Of a stretch of 64,000 nucleotides of DNA, positions 11,401 to 24,128 are shown one piece after another. The position numbers and the translations under genes are program-made. How positions within the stretch are numbered: position 1 is the first letter of the stretch; every line of letters begins with the position of its first letter. The DNA comes from Moniliella sp. 'wahieum' (taxonomy: Eukaryota): positions 1-64,000 of the forward strand of contig RSEE01000139.1 of NCBI GenBank assembly GCA_003971905.1. The letters run 5' to 3'. Below the pieces are notes generated by a model. The model did not search any database. It was given only the letters and a program-made list of their open reading frames with translations, and had not been told where the DNA came from.

Positions 11401-14400
11401 TGCATCATGCACATCATGTCTTCCGACCAGCGGTCTCAGATCTTATATTTGCCGGATTCACCGCCCCATGTACATGTCCATGTCATCGCTGACACCGCTG
11501 TCATCCCCTCCACATTCCACCACCTCCACCACCCCGTCTATTCCCGCCCGTCCCACGCCCCCTTCGCTACCGCCCCGTTCGCGTGGCGCTCCCAATGCCA
11601 GATTGGTGTTAGATGTCGATGGGAGGTTGAGATGCGAGATCTGACATCTGGGAGATGTTGAACGTTAAACGTTTGAATGTTGATGATTGATGCATGATGC
11701 ATGTGATGATCAACTCAGTCGATGAAGCTGAAGCGCAACCATAGGACCCATTGACAAAAAACGTCTCTCCACACGCACGCATCCCAAGTAGAACCATAGC
11801 AAACAAGACCTTTTCCAATTTCAAGCTTCAAGCTCCAACCTTCCTGGTGCGAGCTTCACAATGTCACAGGGCGCACATTATGTGCATGAGCGCATGAGCA
11901 CCCCGACTGAGTGGTTGGCATTTGCGAGAACCCGAGGGTGAATCATGCATCAAATTTCAAATTCCAATCGAACCAACACAGAAAAAAGGGCCAGGAAAAT
12001 GGGCAGAAAGATGGGCAGAAGGATGGGAAGGATACGCATGGGAATGGGACAGGAGAAGGGCTGCGAGAGATAGACATGGCCAGAGGGCTGCTCAGCTGAC
12101 CAGCCATTTTTCTGGCACAACCGCCAATAAAATGCCATCCATCACAAAAAAAAGTATAAATACAACAAGTAACTATTGTAACTAGTAACTTGGAACATGG
12201 AACATGGAGCATGGCACGCTGCGCTCAGCCCTTCAGCCGCTCCGCCGCTCGCTGAGCGCTGAGCTCAGGTGGATTGAGCAGGAAGAATGGGAGATACTAG
12301 TCCTGCTGGATCATCAATCAGGCGCTCTGCTGGACCTCTTCTCTCTTCTCTCTTCTCTCTCTCTGAGATCTGACCGGTGACCGGTGACCCGGCTCTCGGC
12401 CGGCGGACTTATCGTTGTCTTGGCTGGCAGCCGTTCGTTTGCGCAAAGCGCTAAGTGCTAATGCCGAGAGAGGGGCAGATGCCGAGGTGGTATCTGGTCC
12501 CTGCTGGTCGGTCGGTGTGGGCTGGGCTGTGGATGTGGTCGGGTCTCTCAGGACGTTTGCTTCAGAACCTCCACTCAGTAACTCAGTTACTCAGTTGTAC
12601 TCAGCCCCAGAGAAATCCGAGGACAATATCTCGAGGCACACGCTGGTCTGATATATAGGTCACTGGTCACACCATCACAGACCTGTCACACGCAGCCTAG
12701 TTGCCCCCCAGGATCCTGGGTGACATCATCGAATTCCAAGCCACACCCCCGCAATCCCCGCCCCCCCCCCCTCGTTTTGCGTGCCAGCCTTGTCCCATGT
12801 CAGATGTCACAGACAAGTCTGAGGCTAGAAACTTCAGATCTCAGAAGCTTCAGAGGCTTTAGAGGCGTCAAGCTTCAGGGCCTCAGGGCGTATGGGTTCG
12901 GGGTTAGGCTCATAGGTATTACTCCGGCGGCGTCCGAGGCCGCGGGTATATTTTCCCCCTGTGCCCTGCTATCGTTTGCCAGGTGTCATGGATATGAATA
13001 TCGCGGTGCTTGTTCGTCGTTCCTCTATTGCTAGGTACGAAGTACTAGGTCTTGCGGGTAAAGCCGGAACCAGCGTATAACCGAGTACCCGGGTACTACC
13101 ATGGTAACGCAGTAAAGCCGATAATCGATAATCGAAAACCCGATACAGCGCCCGTGGGTATTGCGTGACGCGCGCTACCGCATGTGAGAATATGTTCGTG
13201 ATGCGCGTGATGCATAGTGGCTCTGAGGGATCTGATGCATGATACACATGGTATGGTGCATGGCGCATGTGATGCATGATGCATGGTGCATGGCGGCCGA
13301 CTCCATCGACCATCCCTTGTCAACAAACGCATGTCATTGGTAGGCAGCCACATAATGTCACATGTCACAAATAACCACAGTCCTCTTAGAGCTTAGATTG
13401 TTGCTACAAGGGAGGGATAGTGGAGTGGATGGAAGAGTAGGTGGACGCGTGCCGAGTAGGTAGGTAGACGAGTGGATGGACCATGGTCGATGGACGACCA
13501 TCCGCGCGCCAGATGGACGACAGATGCTCACCGGCCTCTCAGTATACTGGTGATGGTCACTATGGTCACTCACTCCTTAGGCCTTACCCCCCTTCTCATC
13601 ATTCCGTTGTTACTAGTTACTGCTCTGGCATATTTTACTGGTTACTAGTTACGCGTTACGCGTCACTCGCGCACGACCAGCAGCTCTATAATAGTTACGA
13701 GTTACTCGTTAAAGCTGCTAGTTGTTAGATTCCTTTTCGCCACCCCATCTCGCCGCCCGCGATCCATCTTATGCATCATCGATGAGAGATGTGTTGGTGG
13801 TCGACGTTACGCGTTACGCGTTACTAGTTACGCTTACGTCTGTCCAGTGTGCATTGTATGTCCCTATCCTCATTAACAACGTCATTAACGTTTAACGTTT
13901 AACGTTTTACGCGCGTCGCAATCACGTTTAGCGTTCAACATCATCGACCATCGATCCTCCGTCCACATCTGCATCTGCATCTGCATCATTAACGACATAT
14001 CCCCTACATTGTCCCACGGTCGTGCGCGCGCGTCCTCGCATATATATCGCCACGCGCCACTGCAGATCTTTGCCTACCGTTGCAGGCTCTGCACCGCCCA
14101 GACCGCCAAGAGCCGCAAGAGCTCCCCCCAGGCCCCAGGCCCCGTTTCTATCCGTCGACAGCAAACAACAGGCACCAACACACACAACACGCAAAGTGGA
14201 CTGATTGGTTCAGCCCGGTTCCTTTAGCGTTAATTCCCATTTTCATCGATCATCAATCAATTTTGGAACACGGAACGAATATTGACGAGTGCGAGAGAGC
14301 TGCCGTGAGTGCATGTGCATATGAGCCCCAGCGCGAGGGGGGCGCGGTACTACGTCGGGGCCGGCCGGGTCGGGATCGGGATCGTCGGGATCAGAGTTAC

Positions 14401-16670
14401 TTGTTAGTACTTAGTACTTTTGGTCGCCTTGGTTCCTTGGTCGGAGTGGTCGGAGCGCCGCGCATCCAATTATGCATCTTCAAAGTGTCCTACTGGGAAT
14501 CGCCTCCCCCCCCCCCGTCTCTGCTGCACCGTCGCCACCGACGCCACCCACACGAGCCGAGACAGGAAACCAAAAGAATATGACCGTACGTTGAACGTTG
14601 AACGTACGACTCCTGAGAAACTGAGTCCGAATCGCGCCGCGCATGAGGAGGGGCGCGTGGGTTAGGTCTGGGTGTGTTTGTGTGCCAACTCTAGCGGCAC
14701 ACAACAGCTGCACATCTACCCTGGGGGGCCACTGAGTACTGACTGAGTCCACCGTGAGCCGGGTCAGGTCGATCGTACGGCTGAAGTTGAACGTTGAGAT
14801 CGAGTTAAGAGTTGAGTAACTGCGATGTGACAGGTACGAGCGAGGCTCGAGGCTGGAAATCTATGCACCATGGCGGAGAGAGGATTATCGATCATGGTAT
14901 GGTGCAGCATGACGAAGTGTTTGCGGGGTACATCAGGGTTCAACTTATCAGGGTACATCCCCAGCCTCAGGCCACCTCGGGGTACATCTTTTGGTAAGCA
15001 TCTCTTTTGGCGCGTTGTCAGATGTGTACATGGTATGCCCTGTGGTATATGTTCCCGTATGCCCCGAAGTCGTAAGCCCGAAATGGGGAAGCTGTGCCTG
15101 CGCGTCTTCGATCATTGCGATCATTTTCTCTGATCGAATCGACGACTTCCGTCTGCAGGTACATTAGTTGTGTTGCGGCCTGAACGTCGACTAGGTACTA
15201 GGTTCTACTTCGTTCCTACCCCTTTCGCGTTCTGCATTCCTCGACACATGTCAATGTAATGCCACGCGGGTCAGGCCAGGGCTGGGCGGCTACTGCTCGC
15301 TGGCTTGCACGCCGAGCTCCAAGCAGCAAAGTGGACACCACCCCGACCTCCAGTCTCCCCGTTTCTCCTTGGCCAAAAAAACCAGAACGTTGTTGGCGCA
15401 CGAACGATGCTTGGCAGAGGCAGTACCGTAACGGTCTGCGTGGATGCATGTATCGCAGGCGACAATGGTGGCTCTCTTGCGCTTCCCCGTTATTCAGCGG
15501 GGGGGGAGGGGGGGAGGGAGGAAGGTATATAACAGTGTGCATGATTTCGTACGCTACTGACATTTGACCCATCGACTCTCATATCTCAAGAAAGGCAGAG
15601 AGAAAGATCAAGCTGCGCGTGTCTCTCTGTGCGGCGCCCCCGAGGGCAGCTGGTAGAGGAACTGGAAGAGATTTTGCTATACATTTCTGCTGCATTCTGC
15701 ATCATCAGGGGCACGATCCCTGAGGGCCTAAGGCTTCACCTTGAGCGTTGAGCCTGAACGTTGTTGAATCTGTACCGCCTCACACACCATTCACGCTTTC
15801 CCCGCCTTCGCCTGGTCCATCCGCCGCTCAGCGCTCAGCGCCCAGCACCCATAGTGGATCGGCATTGGATGTCGGGGGGGAGGAAAGACACACGGCCAAC
15901 CAGGATCGGCCGGGGCAGTGTGGTCCAGCATCCCGTCGTCCTCTTTCGTGAAGAGGCGAGGAAAGACGGGGTGAGGGCGGTGAGGGCGGGCCGCAGGGAT
16001 TGCCACGTACGTTTAGCCTTTGCCTAGAGCAGCGATGCCCAGGAGGGCAGGCGGGAGGAGAGGGGCAAGCGGGGTGGGTATTGGATGTAGAGCAAGGAGA
16101 TTGATGTGACTGGAGCAGGGCCGAGTGTGGGGCAAACCACCTGGGCCTGGATTGGTTGGTCAGAAAAATTGGTGCCCTGTGCTGACAAACCCGCTGACAG
16201 CCCAGGGCCGAGCAGGGCAGAGCCTGCGGAGGGGGGCACAGGGGGGGCAGCGCAGCACCTGGCCGGGCGCGGGTAGCACAGTGGCGCCGTGCTGGGCTGC
16301 ACGCGTCGGGGGGCCTGGGCCGGGCCGGGCTCTGCCGAGGCTGCGGGGCAGAGGCGGCGGGGCCGTGTGGAGGCGGGAATTAGTAATGGAGACGGCACGG
16401 GGGCAGCGGGCGCGGGTGCTGCACCACGCTGGGTGGGTGCATGCGGTGGCCCTTGCAGCTGCAGGCTGCATGCCCCAGACGGCCAGGGCGGAGGGAGCGG
16501 ACGGGGCGAGAGGCCTGTGGCCAGAAGCCAGGCCCAGTCTGGCCCAGCAAGGCGGCAGATCCAATCCAAGCCGCTGGTCGGTGCCCAGCAGCCGCTCGAA
16601 CCAGCTCGCCAGCCCCACCTCCCCGCGCCCGACCACCTTCTCCGGCCCCGTCTCCGCTGCGTCCGCCGCC

Positions 16671-18694
16671 ATGTTTGCTCTTGGCCGCTCCGCCCTGCGC
16701 TCCGCCCCTCCTGTCCTCCGCGCCACGCGCGCCTTCTCCGCGTGCGCACCTGCCCGCCGTGTCGTGGCGTCCCAGCCGCTGCGCGCCAAGCAGGCTCTGC
16801 CCCGCTCGATGCGCCCCAGGGCTACCAGGTCATTGAGCACGAGTGCGTTGTCCTCCCCTTTGTCCCCTCCGCCACCCCTGCCTCCCTACCGCCGTTACTA
16901 ACCCCTTTCTCTGCAGATACGACGCCGTCGTGGTTGGTGCCGGTGGCGCTGGTCTGCGTGCCACCATGGGTCTCGCCGAGGCCGGTCTCAAGACGGCGTG
17001 CATCACCAAACTCTTCCCACCCGCCCACACTGTCGCTGCCCAGGGCGGCATCAACGCCGCCCTCGGCAACATGACCGAGGACGACTGGCGCTGGCACATG
17101 TACGACACGGTCAAGGGTTCTGACTGGCTGGGCGACCAGGACGCGATCCACTACATGGCCCGCGAGGCCCCCCGCGCGGTGATCGAACTGGAACACTATG
17201 GTCTTCCCTTTTCGCGCACCTCGGAGGGCAAGATTTACCAGCGCGCCTTTGGTGGTCAGTCGCTCCAATTCGGCAAGGGCGGCAGGCGTACCGTACGTGC
17301 GCTGCCGCCGACCGCACGGGCCACGCTATGCTTCACACGCTCTATGGCGAGTCGCTCAAGCACAAGTCCAACTACTTTATTGAGTTCTTTGCTCTGGACC
17401 TGATCATGGAGGATGGCGAGTGTGTGGGTGTGATGGCCATTAACCAGGAGGACGGGACGATCCACCGCTTCCGTGCGCACAACACGGTCCTTGCCACCGG
17501 CGGCTACGGTCGTGCCTTCTTCTCCTGCACCTCGGCCCACACGTGCACTGGCGATGGAGGGATGGCATGGTGTCGCGTGCAGGCCTGCCGCTGCAAGATT
17601 TGGAGTTTGTCCAGTTCCACCCGACTGGCATTTACGGTGCTGGGTGCCTGATCACCGAGGGTTCGCGTGGCGAGGGTGGATACCTGCTCAACTCAGAGGG
17701 AGAGCGGTTCATGGAACGGTACGCGCCGACGGCCAAGGACTTGGCTTCTCGTGATGTCGTCTCGCGTGCCGAGACGATGGAGATTCGTGCGGGCCGTGGT
17801 GTAGGACCAGAGAAGGACCACTGTTACCTTCAACTGTCACATTTGCCCCCCAAACTCTTGCATGAGCGTCTGCCCGGTATCTCGGAGACGGCTGCCATCT
17901 TTGCCGGTGTGGATGTGACCAAGGAACCGATCCCGGTCCTGCCTACCGTGCACTACAACATGGGTGGCATCCCGACGAACTACCAAGGTCAGGTGCTGAC
18001 CCACGAGAATGGGCAGGACAAGGTGGTCAAGGGGCTGTACGCAGCTGGTGAAACGGCATGTGTGTCGGTCCACGGCGCGAACCGGCTGGGAGCCAACTCG
18101 TTGCTGGACATTGTTGTGTTTGGTCGTGCGTGTGCGAACCACATCAAGGAGAACTCGACGCCCGGAGCACCGCACAAGCCTCTGCAGGGCGACGCGGGCA
18201 AGAAGGCGATTGTCGACCTGGACATTGCGCGCAACTCGAACGGTCCGCAGCACACGTCGGACATTCGGTTGCACATGCAAAAGGTTATGCAGACGGATGC
18301 CGCCGTGTTCCGGATGCAAGAGTCTTTGGACGAGGGCAAGAAGAAGATTGACCATGTGGCCGACATTCTGCCCCAGGTGGGCATCAAGGACCGCTCTTTG
18401 ATCTGGAACACGGATTTGTACGAGACGTTGGAGCTGCGGAACCTCTTGACGTGTGCGACACAGACGATGCACGCTGCTGCGGCGCGGAAAGAGTCGCGCG
18501 GTGCGCATGCACGTGAAGATTTCCCCGACCGAGACGATGTCAACTGGATGAAGCACACGCTTTCCTGGGACACGGCCGTCGACTTTGTCCAGCCTGGCGA
18601 GCAAAAGGTCAAACTCGACTACCGCCCCGTCATCTCCACCACGCTGGACGAGAACGAGTGCCCGAGTGTGGCCCCCTTTGCCCGCAAATACTAA
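16671..18694 (+). CDS. SDH1: Succinate dehydrogenase flavoprotein subunit, mitochondrial
   Basis: Arg/Ala/Ser-rich presequence [12 protein letters not shown]..., then [62 protein letters not shown] and [13 protein letters not shown]. Intron near 16843-16917. Confidence 0.97.
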
Positions 18695-19217
18695 GCGAAA
18701 ATCTATGGATCTCTAATCCGGTCGACCATTGTCACTTCCATGTTCCCCCTCCCCCCCCCCTTGGGCCCATCTTGTGGATCAGATCCCGGTTCATGAATTG
18801 GTTCCCCACATGGCCGTGGCTGCGAAGTGAACTTCAATCCATCCCACAGCATCTCTCGTTGAAGGTGGATCCCGTAGGAACAGATCAAGTAAAGGTGTAC
18901 CTGCCCCTTAGTCGAAAACACGTAGAAGACAAGGATGGTGGCGCAATCTTAAAGTGGCTCGGTAGGCTAACGTCAGTTGGTTGATTTGGCTACTTGAAGC
19001 TTGAAGCTTGACGGTGAGCCAGACGCAGAGAACCTTTGTGAATTCTTGACTGTAGCAAGCATCCCCTTGTTCATTCAGATGGAGTTGCCACGACCCGGTT
19101 GCCTGGGCACCCCCACTGGGGGTCGGTCCTTCTCGCCCCATGCACCGTCACTTTTGTTGGTCGGGCAAGCAGGACGCAACCAGAAGCTGGTTTTTGGGGA
19201 GCAGGGGAGATCTGCCT

Positions 19218-19282
19218 CTTGTGACCTGCCCCTTGTGACCTGCGCCTTGTGACCTGCCCCTTGTGACCTGCCCCTTGTGACC
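19218..19282 (+). repeat. 14-bp tandem repeat (CTTGTGACCTGCCC) x ~4.6
   Basis: Read directly from the sequence. Confidence 0.9.
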
Positions 19283-19456
19283 CGCGAGAGGTACGTCCTC
19301 TTCTGGCACACTCTTTACGTGAAGATGAGGCGTTAGCGAGTAGGACTGAGGCCAGCCAACAAAGTGATGGGCGTGATGGGAAACGTGGTGGGAAAGGGAG
19401 GGCATTCCAAGAAGGGGGACATGAATGTTGACGACTGCTGCTGTCGATTCCCATCA

Positions 19457-19528
19457 GGGCGGATAGCTCAGGGGTAGAGCGCTTGCTTAGCATGCATGAG
19501 GTCCGGGGTTCAATTCCCTGTTCGTCCA
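19457..19528 (+). tRNA. tRNA-Ala (anticodon AGC), intronless
   Basis: GGGCGGA/TTCGTCC acceptor stem with G3:U70, TAGCTCAG..GGTAGAGC D-arm, loop TT-AGC-AT, T-loop GGTTCAATTCC, discriminator A, and TTTT a few nt downstream. Confidence 0.95.
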
Positions 19529-20121
19529 TTCCTTTTGCATCAGTTGGTACACAACACTGCATGTTGGATTTTTTAGGTTGCTTTTTGTTCCACTAGGCAT
19601 CGCGCTCGTTCCTTCGTTCCTTGGACAGGCGGTCTGTACCTGCGCCTTCGTCCCAATTGAAGTAAGAGGGGGTTTCTTCTCGCTTCCTCTCCTTCCAAGG
19701 GGTGCAAACGAAAACTATTAATGTGTTGCTTTGAAGAATTCCCGTCGGCTTTTCTCTCTCGGGAACTGTTCTTCATTGACCCCCCCCCCCATGACAAGCA
19801 TCATTTTGTCCACAGCCAACACATACTAGTAGCCGGTGTCACGCGCTCTTCCCTGACTACTGCGGCCATACCCAATCGGAGCATGTGGAAAGCAGGCTCA
19901 CGCCTCTAAACGGCCATATTAATAGCTCTCACACGACTGGCATGTGTAAGATGTGTTTGCCCATCAAATTCATGTGAATTGATGCGCACAACCTGACTAC
20001 TCATACAAAAAGAAGAGACGTGGCGGCTGTATGTCGTTGCAATACCGCGTGAAGCCGGAGGACGCCACAGTGTGATATAATGGTCCTTGCATCTCGTTCT
20101 AATCGAAGCCACAAAAGTAAA

Positions 20122-20172
20122 TGGGCGTGTGGGAGGGCGTGTGGAAGAGCGTGTGGAAGAGCGTGTGGGAGA
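20122..20172 (+). repeat. 12-bp tandem repeat (GGAAGAGCGTGT-like) x ~4
   Basis: gggcgtgtgggagggcgtgtggaagagcgtgtggaagagcgtgtgggag. Confidence 0.8.
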
Positions 20173-20521
20173 TAAGCATCATTGTGAGATAGGAAGAGCG
20201 GACAAGGTTGATATCAACAACCATGTCAGCCATCCTTGTTTTGGGGGATCTTGTTCATGACGTTCATGTGAATAGTGTTACTTAACACTCTTTAAAAATG
20301 TTCGTAGTACATGTGTATACAGGTATACCAGATATATACCTGCCGTAGCTATCCATATCCCATCTTTTCTCCAACATCCCTCACCGCCTGGACACCTTTC
20401 CGGTGAGTATATAGCCCCTTTCCTCTTCCTGAATCCAACGTTTTCTACCCGCCGGAGCTGACCAGGCTTATGTGCCTTTTCTCGATACCACACATCTGGG
20501 GAATTGCAGCTACATCGACCC

Positions 20522-22026
20522 ATGCCACACCAATCCCTGTACACGGAGATAGTCCGGGAGGAGTCACCCGCCAGCACAGAGCGTGCAAAGCTGATGGAGC
20601 AGGTGGCCAATAAGTTAAATCTGACTGTAAGTTTGTGTCCGGTAATCATAATGTGCTTTCTATTCCACCCTTGAAACTGACATAAGAATGATACAATCCA
20701 GACGAAAGAGGATGCACTTCTGGTGTTAATGTACCTCGATTGGGATTGTGACCGTTTGGAACGATCCCTGTCCGTGTCTGGAATTGAAGAGCTGAAGACA
20801 AACGCTGGATTGGCGGATTGCCAGCCCGCGCCAGAACCGTCGCGAACAACAAGGACAATGAAAACTTGTGGTGTTGCTTTAGACGGATATATGAGACGTC
20901 GAGTCCGTCCTGGCAAGTAAGATGTGGTCACCCATACTGTACCAACTGCTACCGTCGCTTCATCCAGTCTAAAGTGGAGAGTGGTCATACGGGTCGGATT
21001 CAGTGTATGAATTCATCCTGCGACCATGTCCTCAGCATCCAGATGATCCAACAGGTGGGGGGTTCCAAAACGTACGGGGCATTTATGGACAATATTGATC
21101 GCATGTTGGTTAACAAGTCAACCCATCTGTGTTGGTGCCCTTACCCGGATTGTGACGAAGTGGTGGTCTACGACCATGGTAAACGTCACATCCCAACAAC
21201 TATGTCCAGTCCTGTGCGTTGTAACAAAGGCCACGATCCGTTTTGCTTTGCTTGCGGCGAGGCGGTTCATGGGTGGCTCTCCTGCAATGAGATGCGAATC
21301 GCTCAGGGCATGTGCATCAACGTTCAAGAACGAGGCCGCATTGAGAATCACCTTCTTTCTCGCCAGTGGATCTGGAAAAATACCAGACGCTGTCCTACAC
21401 CTGGATGTGGCGTCCCAATAGAAAAGGATGGAGGGTGTGACCGCATTTATTGCAAGAAATGCCACCACGAGTTTGACTGGGTATATTCACTTTCTCATCT
21501 GCATTATCCAATTGTTTCCGTTGCACCGTCAACGACTGTTGATCAGTTGGCTAATGAGGTCGCTGATCAAGAGGCGAGGTACAAACAGGAAGAAGCTCTG
21601 ATTCAAGCATATTACAGGGTTACGAAGAGGGGTCGGCCACTCGGACCCGGTTGGCGCGGACCAATCTGTTGACTGATTTGAAGGATACTCTACGCGACTG
21701 TCGCCTACAGGTGAAGTGGTGTTGTTTTTGGTCCTTGCTGCACCAAGGCGAAAAAACAAGGATGGTGACACAGGAAAGAGAGGGTTCTCGGCGCGTTTGC
21801 ACAAGACTACATTGCTATTGGGCTCTCTGAATGAACCCCCGCGCCGGAGCAACGGATATCAGGCTCGCGGGAATCCAATATCACAGTACGATACTTCTCT
21901 ACAGCCACAGCCAAGAGTTTGAAGAGTGAGCTGGATGAGGTGCGTCGATCGCAGCGGACATTCCTGCGGTATCTGGTTAAGGAGGGCGTTGCGAACAACA
22001 TTGAGGCCACGGCTACCGGGTACTAA
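20522..22026 (+). CDS. Ariadne-like RBR (RING1-IBR-RING2) E3 ubiquitin ligase, divergent
   Basis: N-terminal ALLVLMYLDWDCDRLE, RING1 CGHPYCTNCYRRFI..C...C, IBR WCPYPDC...C..GH..FCFAC....H...SC, RING2 WIWKNTRRCPTPGCGVPIEKDGGC. Intron 20627-20701. Start and end are inferred across frameshifts. Confidence 0.85.
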
Positions 22027-22979
22027 AAAAGGTGAGTGTGAATGTTGTGTACAAGTGGTGCGTGCGAAACATGACGGAGGTGTGCCAATAAAAAGCACCT
22101 CACTCACTTGGCTCTCCGTCATTTTCTCCGAGAAGGCAAGCATATATGAAAACCCTCCTTCTGATCTTAGAGACCATCTGTCATCGAAGGTATCTCAAGT
22201 GTGTTTTACATGTTACACACCTATCCGCCGAGCTATAGACCTGTAGGTTTTGCTTGCACCAACTGCGTCAAAGTACCATCAGCCAGCAGCATTTACGTCA
22301 TCCGATTACCGCCATCCCAACGCCATCCTCACTGGGACCTCTGAGATGGGGCTGAGGTGAGGCCGGTGAGGCCTGCAGGAGGCACAACAGGATTACGGAT
22401 TGCTGGTGAGATGTGCCACTCGCTTTGAACATTGCAGCGGGCTCCACTCTTATCGCCGGCGGCGTGCGGTCCGACATGTCTTGGGCGTGGCCGGGAGAAA
22501 CCGGACGAGGCGTGGCAGCGGGCCGGTTGAGGGACACTGGAGTGGTGCCCGTGAGAAGGGGCGGGTGGGTCTGTGCAGAGTAGCATGGCGCCAGTGTGGG
22601 TGGCTGCGACGCACGGGCCCGTCCCTGTCCGTCCCTGCCCGACCCGCTGGGTGGCCAAGAGACAGTGACCGGGGTAACGGTAACCGTTGTCGGGCAGGCG
22701 CGGGGCCTGTGTCGTGCCCCGCACCCCACCGCTTTCCCCCCCATCCCCGCCTCGTCCGGCGCTGCTGGGAGTAGGTGTGAAATCACCGCGAAGCTTCAAG
22801 TCCAGCTGGAAGCGGGGAGGCGGCAGAGGGGCAGCAGCAGCAGCGGCAGCGCGTTGCTGGCGCTGTGAAACTTGATATGCCTTGAAGCTTGAGGGTGCAC
22901 CATTCCGGTCGCTTTCCCAGCCCGTGTGTTCTCTCCCCTCTTCCACCAACCTCGCCAACCTCGCCCCGATCCCGCCGCC

Positions 22980-24128
22980 ATGACTGCCGACTACTTCCCC
23001 CCCGAGACCGACATCATCACCCTCACGCGCTGGGTGTTGCAGTCGGAGATTGAGGCGCGCAAGACTCACGAGCACGTCACCGGCGATCTGACCATCCTCC
23101 TCACCGCGCTCCAAACCACGTGCAAGTTCATCGAGTCCAACGTGCGCAAGGCGCGTCTCATCAACCTCGTCGGCCTCGCTGGAGCCGAGAACGTGCAGGG
23201 GGAAGACCAAAAGAAGCTCGATGTGCTCAGCAACGAGATTATGGTCAACGCCCTCCGTGCTAGCGGCAAGACTGCGGTGCTCGTGTCGGAGGAGGTGGAC
23301 GAGGCTATCTTTGTTAAGGACTCGCCCAAGGCCACTGTCGGGCGCTACTGTGTCGTGTTTGACCCTCTCGACGGCAGTTCCAACATTGATGCCGGTGTCA
23401 ACATTGGCACCATCTTTGGTATCTACGCCGTCAAGCCCGGTAGCAAAGGGACACTGGCGGATGTGCTCCGCCCCGGCAACGAGATGGTAGCTGCCGGCTA
23501 CTGCATGTACGGCTCTTCGGCCAACCTGGTCCTTACCACAGGAAATGGGGTAAATGGGTTCACGCTTGATAATGCTCTGGGCGAGTTCATCCTCACCCAC
23601 CCTAACATTAAGATCCCTCCTCGCGGAAAGATCTACTCCATCAACGAGGGGAATGCCGCATACTACGACAAGCCCACCCTCAAGTACCTCGACCATGTCA
23701 AGTTTCCCAAGGATGGCCGCAAGCCCTACTCAGCTCGCTACATTGGCTCGATGGTGGCTGATGTGCATCGCACCTTGCTGTACGGGGGCCTCTTTGGCTA
23801 CCCAGCGGACAGCAAGAGCAAGTCGGGCAAGCTGCGCATTTTGTACGAGGCGTTCCCCATGTCGTTCCTAGTGGAGCAGGTATGTCTCTTCCCTTTGTTG
23901 TACTTGCACAGGTCAATACTAATACACTTTCCATCTCCTCCAGGCTGGCGGCAAGTCCACGACGGGTACCAAGCGGGTAATGGACATCCAGCCGGACGGC
24001 ATCCACTCCCGCACGGGCATCTTCTTGGTTCCAAGGAGGATGTGGAAGAGCTGTACGTATTTTTCACCCTATTGCTTTTGGCCACATCCTAACTTCTGTT
24101 GTCCAGCGAGTCGTTTTACAAGGCGTAA
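22980..24128 (+). CDS. FBP1: Fructose-1,6-bisphosphatase
   Basis: NVQGEDQKKLDV, FDPLDGSSNID, YSARYIGSMVADVHRTLLYGG and GKLRILYEAFPM. Introns near 23880-23943 and 24056-24107. Confidence 0.97.

Noticed and set aside
7952..16840. GC-rich Arg/Pro/Ala ORFs (e.g. 7952-8851, 9142-9981, 16024-16749)
   Set aside because: Expected by chance at this GC content; they overlap real genes or promoter DNA.
5340..18694. Many frameshifts in PMA and SDH1 (also FBP1, RPL28, YRB1, IMP3, GH28) suggesting pseudogenes or programmed frameshifting/RNA editing
   Set aside because: They affect most genes, including essential ones, with no accompanying nonsense or motif decay, and the two copies of the LTR internal region differ by similar small indels. 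This is typical of an unpolished long-read consensus.
22329..23696. Long antisense ORFs (455 aa here; also 17837-18604, 5511-6828 and 41243-41701)
   Set aside because: They are shadow ORFs opposite well-supported genes with strong codon bias.
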